Assembly (NCBI GenBank): GCA_951406725.2
Contig: OX597818.1
Span: 84,568,001 to 84,632,000 of the forward strand
Length of the DNA: 64,000 nucleotides
Direction: 5' to 3'
Source: Octopus vulgaris
Lineage: Eukaryota
Below the pieces are notes generated by a model. The model had not been told where the DNA came from. It did no database searches and saw only the letters and a list, made by a program, of their open reading frames with translations. The position numbers and the translations under genes were made by a program. Positions 1 to 13,025 of this stretch are shown one piece after another (within the stretch, counting starts at the first letter, position 1; each line of letters opens with the position of its first letter).

Positions 1-163
1 TACATGCATACATACATACATACATACATACATACATACATACATACATACATACATACATACATACATACATACATACATGCATGCATACATACATACA
101 TACATACATACATACATACATACATACATACATACATACATACATACATACATACATACATAC
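1..163. repeat. (TACA)n microsatellite
   Basis: Direct tetranucleotide repeat; it produces the HTYI pseudo-ORFs. Confidence 0.97.
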
Positions 164-318
164 AACGGGCTTCTTTCAGTTCCATCTACCAAATCCATTC
201 ATAGGATATTGGTCGACCCGAGGTTTTAGTAGAAGACACTTACACAAGGTGTCAGGCAGTGGGCCTGAACTCGGAACCCTGTTGTTGGAAAGCAAGCGTC
301 TTACCACACAGCCACACT
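164..318 (-). mobile_element. tRNA-derived SINE, family A, head region
   Basis: Reverse complement matches the head seen many times in the window (gtggctgtgtggtaag...gggttcagtcccac...caccttgggcaagtgtcttct...gatttggtaga), e.g. 44698+ and 11658+. The ccttgggcaagt segment resembles the CORE-SINE domain. Confidence 0.85.
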
Positions 319-344
319 ATTGCGATCACGTGTTGCACACATAT

Positions 345-585
345 GTTGCACTCACGATCGATAGAGCGTGAATCCAATACCCGGCCCGAGTGGCACGTTG
401 TGTTCTAGAGCAAAACAGTTCATTTCACGTTGCTCCAGTCCACTCAGCTGTAAATGGCCCACGCTGCAACGGACTAGCCTTCCGGTCAAGGTGAAAGTCG
501 GCCAACTAGCTTAGCCTGCAAGGATGCAAAGCGCATTGTGACCAGCGATGGATAACAAGATTGATAGTCTAGCTGATTATGTGAT
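345..585 (+). mobile_element. SINE family C, decayed copy
   Basis: Shares gttgtg...agagcaa.acagttcatttcacgttgctccagtccactcagctg with the more intact copy at 50312-50632. Confidence 0.7.
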
Positions 586-623
586 ACACATACACACACA
601 CGCACAAACACACATGTATACAA

Positions 624-925
624 TACAAGGTTAAGTTCAAAGTTATACCCTCTCTTGTCTCTGTAATTTGTTAGAGCAAAAGCAGAAGTTGAGCAATTAC
701 ATAATTTCTCAAGAGAGTCTTCTTGCTCTTCGGTGCAGTTCCTCTAGCAGTCCATCAGCTTGCTTATACCTTCGCAGACTAAGTATTTCAGCTGGTCGCG
801 CAGCCATCAATGACTACTTTCTACACTTTTTTGTTCATTGCAAATCGAATGGGCGTTTGAGCAGTTCAGAGAGATTTATAGTCAGAATGGGCAAGATGCG
901 ACCTCTAAGCAGTATGCTCAAGGTA
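624..925 (-). mobile_element. mariner (Tc1/mariner) transposase C-terminal relic with putative TIR
   Basis: Minus-strand translation gives EHTA*RSHLAHSDY (cf. mariner HPPYSPDLAPSDY) and WLRDQLKYLVCEGISKLMDC*RNCTEEQEDSLEK (cf. WL..Q...F...GI.KL..RW.KC....GDY.EK). TA plus caaggttaagttcaaagtt at 624 resembles a mariner terminus. Confidence 0.7.
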
Positions 926-1155
926 GAAGAGGAAGGAGAAGGAGAAGGAGAAGGGGAGAAGAAGGAGGAGGAGGAGGAGGAGAAGAAGAAGAAGAAGAAT
1001 TAGTAGAAGAAGAAGAAGAAGGAGAAGAAGAAGAAGAAGAAGGAGAAGAAGAAGAAAAAGAAGAAGAAGCAGCAGAAGAAAAAGAAGAAGAAGAAGAAGA
1101 AGAAGAAGAAGAAGAAGAAGAAGAAGAAGAAGAAGAAGAAGAAGAAGAAGAAAGA
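925..1155. repeat. (GAA/GGA)n purine microsatellite
   Basis: Direct repeat; source of the poly-E ORF. Confidence 0.97.
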
Positions 1156-1289
1156 AATGTACTTAATACTATTTGCCATTCTACTCATTAACACCTATCT
1201 TTCGTCCAGAGACTCGATTAGAATTCTATTTCATTTTCCCTCTTTCTTCCTTATTTCTTCTACATCTTCATCATGTTGCTGTTGTTGTT

Positions 1290-1392
1290 TTTCTTCTTCT
1301 TCTTCTTCTTCTTCTTCTTCTTCTTCTTCTTCTTCTTCTTCTTCTTCTTCTTCTTCTTCTTCTTCTTCTTCTTCTTCTTCTTCTTCTTCTTC
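1290..1392. repeat. (TTC)n microsatellite
   Basis: Direct repeat, complementary to the GAA tract about 140 bp upstream. Confidence 0.97.
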
Positions 1393-1757
1393 CCTTCCCC
1401 TCCTCCTTCCCTTAATTCTTTACGCCTCGCATGTTCTTTATACTAATCATTCATGCTCTTATGCTTTCATTTACTTTTATTTGCTTTCTTGTTTCCTCCC
1501 GATATAAACCAAAAAATCAATGTCTGGAAGGTGCACAATGTAAGAGCGTACCTTTGATGCAAATCTGATGAAGTGCCTCTCTAATATCTAAAACCACAAA
1601 CATTACGTAAATTCTCCCTTGGAATTCTTGTGTAAACTGGCTTTTCAATCAGGGTTCGTACAGAAACAATTGTAACTGATCATTAAAGTTAAAGCATTAA
1701 ATTAAAGTATTTAGATGTGTTAAAGTATTTAGTTGTCTTATTATTTACTTTATATTC

Positions 1758-1960
1758 AAGGAGGTGAGATAGCCGAATCGTTAACACGCCAAGCAAAATG
1801 ATAAGCGGCATTTCGTCCGTCCTTACGTTCTGAGCTCAAATGCCTCCGCGGTCGACATTACATTCTAGCCATTCGGAGCTGATAAAATTATTACCCGTTG
1901 AACACTAGGGTCGATGTAATCGACTTAACCTCTTTACAGGCCTTGAGCAAAAATTTGAAG
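1758..1960 (+). mobile_element. SINE family B, decayed copy
   Basis: Matches the window consensus ggcggtgagctggcagaatcgttagcacg...tacgttctgagttcaaattccgccgaggtcgac...ggggtcgatgtaatcgact (cf. 59715-59930). Confidence 0.8.
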
Positions 1961-1976
1961 TCATTATAATATATAC

Positions 1977-2037
<61 letters not shown>

Positions 2038-2169
2038 TGCGATTTCAAGTTTCATAGATTCTTCAAAATGAAGTGAGTATTTACGTAACCTACCGAACTA
2101 GTTGGTTGAATTATTGTCAATGGTGGAAACTGTTCACATTATTATGAACAGGTTGTTTCCTATAAATAT

Positions 2170-2600
2170 GCAATGCAGTTCTCCAACAGATTCAAATCAA
2201 AGTACTTTCTCCTGTGACAATCATGTATAGGAAAATTAACAACGGTGAACATTTTCTAAGAAGGTGGCTTGTTTATTCTTGAGAGCTTCAATTAAATATA
2301 TGGCCTTTGATGCCAACTTTTTGACTTCTGAAATAAGTCATATTTAGAAAAATCTGGAATTAATGATTGGAAGCAAACTCATGAATATTGGCAATCACTT
2401 GAAAATTCAGTAGATCATCTGGAATTACTTAAGAAGTTGTCTGAGACTACTGCAATTGCAGATTAATAAAGCCATTAAGGAGATGATGTAACGTAATGGC
2501 ATAAGAGCGAAAGCATTGGTGTAAAGAGTCGGAACATTTAATGAGCATCAATCTGCATTTAGCAAGAACACAATTTGGCTTTCAGAAGAACTTCAGTCGC
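2170..2600 (+). pseudogene. hAT-superfamily transposase N-terminal relic (TTF-type zinc-finger and DUF4371-like motifs)
   Basis: MYRKINNGEHFLRRWLVYS* from 2223; YLEKSGINDWKQTHEYWQSLENSVDH from 2341; QEHNLAFRRT from 2563. These match the R.WL.YS, G..DWK......HE.S..H and LAFRG motifs of hAT/ZMYM1-like transposases. Contains stops and frameshifts. Confidence 0.75.
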
Positions 2601-2699
2601 ATTATTTACACCTCACTCTAAATATGTCTTCGGTTTCTTAATTTATACCGACAAAGAACGAAAATTTACTTTGGATTGTGTCCCTGTTATCTTCTAGCT

Positions 2700-2870
2700 A
2701 CTAGTTTTAGTCATCTGACTGCGGCCATGCTGGAGCAATTCACTGAATGGTTTGGTCGAACAAATCATACCCAGTACTTATTTATATTGGACTACTATGT
2801 TATGAGAAAGTAAACTAACCAACACCCGTTGTCAAGTGTTGTCTGGGCCAAGCACAAAGTGTTGATATAT
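2700..2870 (-). mobile_element. SINE family A tail fragment
   Basis: agtcatctgactgcggccatgctggagca...gtcgaacaaatc..cccagtactta, repeated at about 31547, 41822 and 43626. Confidence 0.75.
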
Positions 2871-3033
2871 ATATGCCGTCTGCTGGCAACTTTTTCCGTC
2901 TTATGAGGATAAGCTACCCAATCGTTCTCTGCTCTTCTCACAGCTTTACTTTGTTCGTATGTATGTATGTATGTATGTATGTATGTATGTATGTATGTAT
3001 GTATGTATGTATGTATGTATGTATGTATGTATA

Positions 3034-4990
3034 CAGGAATCCCTCGCATTACGGAACCAATGAGCTCCTGAAAATCTGGCCGCAACGCGGAATTCCGCAA
3101 TGGGAGAATATTTTACCTATTGATTTTTATATTATCAAGTGATATTGCATTCCTACGCATTTTTCGAAAAAAAAATACAAGTAAAAGTAGTACACGAAAA
3201 ATAACAGAACAAGTAACGCGATCGCCTTTGTACATGAAAATAACTATTCCTAAACATACGATATAGATACTTAAAAACACAGAAACATTTCAAGAGGAAT
3301 ACACCAGGGAATTAATTAAAATCATATTACTGTAAGAGTGTTTTCTTACCGCAAAAGATGTTTACTACTGTGTGAGGAGTGGTGGTAGAATGAGCGTTAC
3401 TAGAAGGATGAGAGACAATATTTGATATCTTATAGTTCATTATCACGAACATAAGCTTGATGGGTGAAGAACTTGTACAAAGTTGTTTGTTGTTTATGAC
3501 GCATCACCTTTCCGTATAGCTCTGTATAGGTAATGAGGCTATTGTAAACTCCTCTAATAATTTTATATTACGTTTATGATCATTATCAATAAAAATCTGG
3601 AGACCTTCCTTTATAAGTCCCAAACCTTTAGCAATGATTTTCCAATTTAAGAGGTGTTGTTGGAACTTCTGTTGTCTCATCTGTATTCCCAGCTTGTTCT
3701 TTTTCTCACAAAAAATCAGCTCTTCATTAGATAAATTTCCTCTCTAGGACACTAGCAACTTAATCACATTATCCTCTATGACGTTTTCAAATCTTACATC
3801 CTTTGCAAGTGTCACAATATCTTTTCGAATTTGATGTAGACTTTCTACACAGATGCAGTCTGACTTCGCGTTGTTCAAAGCTGAGGTTTTCACTTCATCC
3901 TATGACTCAGCTATATTATCTACAGCATCCATTATGCTGAATTTCTTCCAGAAATTTGACTGTAGGTTTTCCCTTACAATTGCTTTCATAAATTCTTTGA
4001 AAGTTCTGATATGATATACCTTGAAGTTACCTATCACAACTTGATCCGTTGATTGGAGTAAAGAACTCGCACTTTTAGGGATGAATTCTACTCTCACATC
4101 AGAAAAGTCAACTAAGTTCGTTGGATGTCGCGATGCCTTGTCTAAAAGAAGCAATGCTTTGCCGGAAATATTATCTGGCACTGTGCCTTTCTACCACAGG
4201 TCAAAAACGCTTGTAAACCACACTTTGAATGCCAAATCAGATGTACATTAAACTTTGTGTAACCTTTGAAAAGCCTTAGATTTTCGGAGTTATACACGTG
4301 TAAGGGCTTTAAAATTTCGTAACTCCAGCGTCATTTTCTCCCAAATGAAGAGTCAGACGATTTTTGGAAACATTAAATACTGATGTTGATGTTTCTTCTT
4401 GAGAAGTAAAAGTTCTAACAGATACGCGCTTCCTGAAGGGTGTATACCTGTTCTGGTGTGTAGTCCACCTTCAGCAATCATTTTCTTCATCTGCCCAGAA
4501 TAATTATATGCAGTCTCTGTATCAGCGCTCGCGGTTTCACCAGTTATTTAAATGTGCAAATTCATGTGCTTCTTAGATATTTCAAATCAACCTTTACTGG
4601 CCAAAAGTGGTTTTTCATCTTCTCTTTCCTGAAAATTGTCTCATAAACTTTTGGTCCTTTTTAACTTGCCATCATTGATTCTCGGCACATTACGCTGTTT
4701 CTGATCCTCGATCCATATACTCAAGAGCCGTTCCATTTTAAGCATTACATTAGATATATAGAAAAATAAAGCTCGGGAAGTTAACAGAGTAGCTTCTTGA
4801 GCACTTGGCATAATTTTCTCTCCTTTATATTGTTCCCACAGTTGACGTAGCAAAATTTAATGTTTTGTCGATATAAGTTTTACTTCTGCATCAAGTGGTT
4901 TAAAACATCAAGTTTAATATCCTGTGTAATCTCTCTACGGTTCCTTTTCAGGTCTACTTGATAACTTCTTTTCAGAAATCTTAAATTGAA
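3034..4990 (-). mobile_element. Tigger/pogo-like DNA transposon relic (TIGD1-like transposase)
   Basis: TA+CAGG terminus at 3032-3037. DDE_1-like KALLLLDKASRHP...VEFIPKSASSLLQSTDQVVIGNFK (3900-4181). CENP-B HTH-like MERLLSIWIEDQKQRNVP (within 4641-4853). Psq-like LKRNRREITQDIKLDVL near 4950. The opposite TIR was not found. Confidence 0.85.
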
Positions 4991-5090
4991 GGCAGTTCCA
5001 ACAGCAGTGGCGATAAAGAAAGTTGACCCAAGATCTGATTTGTGAGAGTGGTAAATGAGATGAAAAAGGGAACTGGGGAAGAAAAAGTAC

Positions 5091-5308
5091 TACAGAGTAC
5101 GCCAAAAGAATGTATACACACTTCAGGGAATGAAAAATCTGTATAAATATTTTAATTCGGTGTTATTGCAATTTATTCAGTGTTATCACAATTTGATAAA
5201 ACATGGGAAAAGGTATCTACAGTTATAGAGGTATTTATACAAGTTAAATGTTTATACAGATTTTTCCCTTTCCTGAGGCGAGCTTACAGTCTTTTGGAGG
5301 ACTCGGAA
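5091..5308. mobile_element. Tc1/mariner-type MITE, about 65-bp imperfect TIRs
   Basis: Left end tacagagtacgccaaaagaatgta...gaaaaatctgtataaatattt aligns with the reverse complement of the right end, ttccgagtcctccaaaagactgta...gaaaaatctgtataaacattt. Confidence 0.75.
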
Positions 5309-5994
5309 TATAGCTGAAGGGTCACTAGATTTTATAGGCAACTCGACCCTTGCACTTCTGACTTAAGACATAAATACATACACACACACACACACTCGCG
5401 CGCACACTCATATACACGGTCATGCACATGTGTTGGCATACATGCTGGCAGTTGTTGTAGCCGGTTGCATTCAAAAACTGATGGGTTGATAGTGTTGATG
5501 ATGTGGGTTATATTGGCTTAGATGTTACTGATGATACTCGGGTATTGGTGGTGGTAAGCTGGTTATATTACTTTAGCTAATGCATTGTGGATGTTTAGTC
5601 TCAAGTCAACCCTTATAGACCTTAGATCGAAGACGTGTCATTCGAACTTTTAAAATACAGTAGCATACCACATTTTATGTTTTTATTTGAAATTAATTTG
5701 CTTATCTACTTCGTACTAATTAATACCGTTGTTGGTGGTGGTTGCGTTCGTGTTGATGATAGAAACACACATGCACACATTCATGCATGCATATATACAT
5801 ATACGTTCATATAGCGGTTATGAGAGGTAATGGTGTCAGTAAGACCCGAAGGTGTCAGCTAATGCTGAGTAAGTGGTATGGATAGACCATAGTTAAGCTC
5901 CAGGTTCTGTGATTATGCGAATAAGGAGTGCAACGTAGTTCATATATCAGCATGTGTAAATATTTTAAAAAAATTTTAGCCATTTTCTCACACC

Positions 5995-6042
5995 GTCTCC
6001 GATGAAGGGATATAATAAATATCCTGGAAACAGCTGTAAGAC
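5995..6042 (+). ncRNA. minimal type I hammerhead ribozyme motif (core CCGAUGA, probably decayed)
   Basis: Stem I gtct/agac; ccgatga; stem II gggatat/atatcct; GAAA; palindromic stem III CAGCTG; GUA cleavage triplet. Confidence 0.7.
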
Positions 6043-6511
6043 CTATTTATAAATGTTCTAAAATTTTCACAGCCTTAGTTTTTTATTTAATTCTGAAAAA
6101 AAAATTATATATACATTCATATATGTATATATATGTGTGTGCGTTTGTATGTATGTACGTATATATATATATCCACATTACGTACATTATGTAATTATAT
6201 ATACATGAGTGTATATATCCGTGCAAAACGTTGATAGTTTTTCAAATCGTTAACGATTTGATCTTAACTAAAATGCAAGTCACCATTGAACTCATTACGC
6301 AATACAAGTTTCTGTAAGAGCGAAACTACAAGCCGTATTCCGAAATTAACGGTCATATCTTACCATTTCCGTTTGTGCGGAATCACGTTACCTGAGTTAG
6401 CTGTAACGCGCAGATGCCTATATTTACGAATGCATGAATGTATGCATGTATGTATGTATGTATGTATGTATGTATGTATGTATGTATGTATGTATGTATG
6501 TATGTATGTAT

Positions 6512-7608
<1,097 letters not shown>

Positions 7609-7829
7609 TTTACAGTTAAATTCCTCTATTTACATAATATCGAGGTCTCTTTCATTCTTTTGTTGTCTTACCATTTTTTTCAATATATATATATTGTGGA
7701 AGGGGCTTCCACATAGTTTCTGTCTACCAAATCCATTAGCAGCGCAAGCCAATCTTCTAAACCACACACCTACGCCTGCCTGTATTTATATCTGAGAATT
7801 TCTTTATGAACTTTTAGAAATTCTTGTTT

Positions 7830-8720
7830 GTGATCCTGCAATGCGACACGAAGGAAAGACACTTGAATCACTAAATTGAAATTATATTTTTCCAACGCTG
7901 ATAAATGTCTGCTGATATGATGTCTTAGACAGAGATAACGCTGTCAGCAAAACTACGCCGAGCAACTCTGTGGCACTATATACTGCAATTTCATTAATAA
8001 ATAATGTTGCTAATTAATTTATTATCGTGAAAATAAATATAAAAAATACTGCTAATATCAGCAATAAGATTAGCTATAGTATTAGATGTAGAGCTAATTT
8101 TTTTAAAAGAAAAAGAATACGCCAGGGAAAACGAAGTAATTTTTATATGAGTGCTTTGTCTAGATTCTTCGTACGGATGACCCAGAAAGATATTTTTAAA
8201 ATCATGCGTTTAATGTTATACTTGACACGGCTATTAATTCTTTATCAGATAGATTTGAACAGTTAGAAAGTTTCAATAACTCATGAGAATCTTTAAAGAA
8301 CATTAAAGAATTGCCAAGATAAAAATAAACTGTCATGGTTTGGAGGATAAGTTAAGGCACCGACGAGATAGTGCTATTAATGGACGCGATCTACTCTTGA
8401 ATGAACTAGATGTTGTATGGAAGATATAAAGCTTCTGATAGAAGCCGTTATATACATCAACGGTAATAAGTTGCAAGACATGTCATGTTAAATCTGTGGT
8501 TTGCATTAACAATAATGGTTACGATATTTATAATTGAAGCCACGGGAGAGAGAAGGATTGTAAACTAAATCATATAAAGCCATAATTTATGGTTTTCCAT
8601 GACACAAGGCTGATCAAACTCGTTCGCAATTTTCGCAATAGAAAATTATATTGTTCAAAAGATAAATATAGAAAGTGTTATGAAAATATTTTTAGATCTA
8701 AAGTTGAGAAAAAATGTTTT
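7830..8720 (+). pseudogene. hAT transposase C-terminal relic including dimerisation domain
   Basis: YDVLDRDNAVSKT...ALYTAISLINNV near 7920; EATGER...KLNHIK near 8540; SMTQG*SNSFAIFAIENYIVQKINIESVMKIFLDLKLRK near 8600-8715 (cf. hAT ERSFSKLK..K..LRS.M.Q.RL..L..L.IE). Confidence 0.7.
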
Positions 8721-9025
8721 AGTTAAAATAATGTTTTATTTTCAGCATCTGTTTATTCGTTCATATTCAATAATTTATGGGCGGAAAATTCATAACATCT
8801 ACTAATTAGCAACTCCTTTTCGAACGTCCACACATCCCACGCTCATCTTCCTTTCAATGTTTGTCTGTAACAAAAATGCGTCGAGAGAATTGCTAGAAAA
8901 TTGTAAAAATGTCTCTTTTTCTTTCCCACTCCTCCTTTCTCTTCTTTGTACACACACACACACACACACACACAGACGCACACTCTGTATATGCATATAT
9001 ATACATGTTTATGTATGTATGTATG

Positions 9026-9061
<36 letters not shown>

Positions 9062-9066
<5 letters not shown>

Positions 9067-9364
9067 GGTCGGGTCGTCGGCGACTAAACCGGCAACCCCA
9101 CCAAGCTTGCTTGGTGAGGAGGGTGTTTATTGGTCACCCTGCGGGATTAAAAACCAAACCCGTCAAAGGGCGGAGGAACTCTTGAGAGTCAACGGCCATC
9201 CAATAAATGTCTTAGGGCTGTATCATGCGCGGGGGACATAGAAATAATCGGACTGAATACCCGATCGCGTGGTTAAACCATTGGGAGTGAAGGACTCCTA
9301 GCCTTTGTTAGGGCATCCTTCTAGGAGACGGTAACTCAGGTAACTGGGATAACTCCGACATAAA

Positions 9365-9368
<4 letters not shown>
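9062..9368 (+). mobile_element. 5' UTR-like fragment of an RTE-clade LINE inserted in (TA)n
   Basis: GC-richer island between TA tracts. gggcatccttctaggagacggtaactc resembles, from recollection, the RTE 5'-UTR motif gggcaaccagtctaggagaaggaaaactc. No ORF. Confidence 0.5.
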
Positions 9369-9430
<62 letters not shown>

Positions 9431-9440
9431 TATTCATATA

Positions 9441-10762
9441 CAAAGCAACCTAGGTTCTCGATCATAATTTAGTCTGTTCGAAGACCGAATTGTTCGAGAA
9501 CCGAATCATCTTTTCCCATTACAATTAATGTAAAAGTGATTAATTCGTTTCCAAGCACCAGGTGAATGCTTATTTACACACTTACACTATATATTTTGGT
9601 ACAAAAACGTGTATTCAAACTGTAAATAAAACACAAAAGTGTGTTATTTCTTAGAAGGGGAGACCTCTTCCATAAAACCTTCTAGTAACTGTCTTTTGGG
9701 GGGATTCTTCCCTTCTCTGTCTCTGGCTCAAGAAAATATTTCTCTGGGGTTTCTTTTCTTTTTTGTTTCAGTAAAGCCTGTTCAATGTTAGTCGTTTTTG
9801 CCTGAGTTGTAAAATGTTTCTAAAATGAGACATGACATTGTCATTGAAAAGGTTCACTGCTATATTTGCTACCACTGTATCAGAGTACTATTTTCCCACA
9901 AAACGTTGCACATCACTCCATTTAGCACAAATGTCATTGATTAAAGATCTTGGGACACCCTCCTTTCCTCCCTTCTCAGAAGCCATTTCCTCAGCCAAAG
10001 TCTTTTGCTGTTCATTTTGAAGGTGTACCTGCTCTTCGGTGGTTCTCCACCAGCTCTTCAATATCTTCACTGTCCATAGTTTTCCCTATAGAGACAATAT
10101 CATCAACAATAGCAATTTCCTCGACAGCAGCAGTACTTGTAACTGTCTCAAACCCCTCAAAGTCTCGTTCTGGTACATAGTCTGGCCAGTGTTTCCTCCA
10201 TGCTGAATTCATGGTTCTGAAACTCATTTGGTCCCATGCATTATCAATACGATTAACACAATTCAGAATATTGAAATGATTTTTCCAAAATTCTTTGAGA
10301 ATTGACAGAGTGTCATTTGTGACTTGAAAACACTTTCGAAACAGGGCTTTTGTGTAAAGTCTCTTAAAGTTTGCGATTACCTATTAGTCCATTGGTTGTA
10401 TTAGAGGAATTGTGTTAGGCGGCAGGTATTTGACCTGAATAAAATCATACTCTTCAACTAAGTTATCCTCAAAACCTGGAGGGTGAGCGGGAGCATTGTC
10501 TAACACGAGAAGGCATTTTAGTGAACACAATTGTTTTTCTCTCAATTTCTCTTTTTCCTTTACCAGTATCAATGTTAGCTTTCTTTGGAGCCATGACGAA
10601 GGGCTAATGAAAAGAAAAAAAGGCACAGTAAAATAAAATCGGAAAAGAAAAGCACAATACACGAATGTATACGACACGGTGGTCGACTCAGAAATGATTC
10701 CATTCAGGTTAACTCGGTTCGACTCGGTTCGGCAATGTTGTTCGAGAATCGAGGTTGCTCTG
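9441..10762 (-). mobile_element. internally deleted Tigger/pogo element with both TIRs and TA target duplication
   Basis: TA|caaagcaacctaggttctcga ... tcgagaatcgaggttgctctg|TA. ATG at 10593 (MAPKKANIDTGKGKRE) is joined to a DDE_1 segment (CLLVLDNAPAHPPG...VKYLPPNTIPLIQPMD), followed by MNSAWRKHWPDYV. Confidence 0.92.
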
Positions 10763-10770
10763 TATATATG

Positions 10771-10812
<42 letters not shown>

Positions 10813-10865
10813 ATTTATTAAGTAACCAGAATATTATATCATTATTATTGGTATTAATCATTATT

Positions 10866-11135
10866 TTGCACAACTGTTGTTTCGACCCATCCTGCTACTG
10901 TCCCTTATGGGTGGGACTCCGTTCAACATCTGTTGCAACCATTTTGCAGTCTGGGTCTCATCAGATACATCCATACATAAAGCTGTGTCTGGCTAAACAT
11001 GACAGCCAAGACTCAGAATATTTGGCGAGACAAAACTGATGAGACCAAAACTACAAAATGGGTGCAACATAATGTTGAACGGCGTCCCACTCATAAAGAA
11101 CAGTAGCAGAATGGGTCGAAACGACACAGCGCTAA
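10866..11135. ncRNA. inverted pair of hammerhead-like motifs with long stem II (10866-10968 minus; 11031-11135 plus)
   Basis: Both about 95-bp arms read CTGATGA-GACC-(about 65 nt)-GGTC-GAAA-C. The minus arm continues caacagttg (stem III). Stem I and the cleavage triplet are decayed. Confidence 0.7.
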
Positions 11136-11139
11136 GGAT

Positions 11140-11570
11140 ATAAAGAGACGAGTCATGAGAGACATAAAACATTTTGAGGGGATGGAAAGAGAATGGGGTT
11201 AGATTCTTGCACAATATCCAGGATACCCAGGATGTCAATGATGCTGATGATTCAAACAGTGGTTGTAATGATGACAGTAACATGTAGCAATGTACGCCAG
11301 GAATTGTGGATGCTGAAATGAAAGGAGCGATTTAGTACTTATTCCACAAAAATGCAGTAAATATCGATAACAAATTTTCCACTGGGTTAATAAAATGAAA
11401 TAACGATCTGATAACTATGGTTCTCCCCATGCTGTGTAACAAAATCTGAGAGACGGACAAATGAAAGACAGAATTAATGCAAGCAGTCGTCAATGCACTG
11501 CTCATGGTTACAGACTTTGCTAACTGCTCGTAACACCGTACTGTAGTCCTCTTCATACACTCAACCAAGA
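11140..11570 (+). pseudogene. RTE-like LINE ORF relic (region preceding the RT domain)
   Basis: AEMKGAI*YLFHKNAVNIDNKFSTGLIK...LPMLCNKI*ETDK*...DFANCS*HRTVVLFIH (cf. EV..AI..L...KA.G.D....EL.K...LC.KIW.TG.WP...C.NYRTISL.SH). Confidence 0.6.
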
Positions 11571-11657
11571 AATCAGTGCAAGACATGGTGCACAGTTACC
11601 AGCTCTGAGATCACTGGACATATTATGAAGAGATTGCCCTCACCAAACTCATCAAGC

Positions 11658-11892
11658 TATAGTAAGAAGCTTGCCTCCCGACCACATGGTTCCGAATGCA
11701 GTCCCACAGCATGGCACCTAGGACAGGTGTCTTCTACAATAACATAGAGCCGACCCAAACCGCCTTGTGAGTGGGTTTGGTAGATAGAAGCTGAAAGAAA
11801 TCTATTACATGTGTGTATGTGTATGTGAGTGTGTGTGCGTACGCGCATGTGTGTGTCCTTGTGTCTGTGTCTGTCCCCACCACCGCTTGACC
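11658..11892 (+). mobile_element. SINE family A (head plus internal TG repeat)
   Basis: gtaagaagcttgcctcccgaccacatggttccg...tggcacctaggacaggtgtcttctac...ttgtgagtgggtttggtaga. Confidence 0.85.
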
Positions 11893-11896
11893 CGGC

Positions 11897-12937
11897 TGAT
11901 ATCTGTTACGTTCTGATTGGCTAAGGCATATGGTGGGTCATAGCTATGAACAGAACGAAATGTGTGGTATAGTGAGTCACTGAGGTCTTAACGCATTGAT
12001 ACATTTGGTTGTTGCGCAGGGGTGCCACAGGTCTGGAGTCCCAATTCTGATCTATGTATGATTTGCCTTTCTGGGGCCCAGTACATTGATTCACGCAAGT
12101 GTCACCAATGCTCTTAAGACGGCCCTGTAATTAGGTGAGATATGTGGTCGGTCAAAACCCGAAAGAAAATCAGGTGATGTGATTGGTTAAGAAACATAAG
12201 ATTGTGTGATGTGATTAGGGCCCAGTACATTAAATTACACATAGGTCCTCAATGCTCCTAACACGGCCCTGTAGTTAGGCGAGATATGTGTTAGTTAGGA
12301 AGATTGTATGATGTGATTGGTTGAGTTGTGCAGCGAGATATGGTTTATGAAGCAATCAGGGAATTGTGTAATGTGATTGGCTGAGAAGTGTAAGTGATCA
12401 TTATTTGAAAAGCAATCAGAAAATTGTGCGATGTGATTGGTTGAGGAATCTAGTGATTTATGTTCATATGCCTATCAGGGAATCGCGGGATATCATTGAT
12501 TGAAATGTGTGGTGAGTCACAATTTATAAAGCAGAAAATGGTGTGGTGTGATTGGTTGAGATATCTGGAGTGTCACGGTCTATAAAACAGAGCATTCTGT
12601 GATGTGATTGGCCAAAATGTAGAAACGTCTAGTAAGTCACAGCTATTTAAAAAGAAAATGGTGTGATGTGATTGCTTGAAATGTATAGTGAGTCACATAT
12701 TATCGAACAGTCAGAGAGTGATGCAATGTGGTTGGTTAAGATTTGTGTTAAGAAATGACCATAACAATGATAGCAAATGGCTTTGTATCATTGGTTTAGC
12801 TGTATGATGAGTCATGCTCCATAAATCAGAGTGTGAATTATGTTCTGCGATTGGTTGTGGATGTATGTGTGTCATGACCCATAAAACAGAGAGTAAAGAT
12901 GATACTATAGTATAACACTATCATGATGTAATTATGC

Positions 12938-13025
<88 letters not shown>

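Noticed and set aside
11900-12900. Regularly spaced repeats suggestive of a CRISPR array
   Set aside because: The units are diverged tandem copies without unique spacers, there are no cas genes, and the context is eukaryotic.
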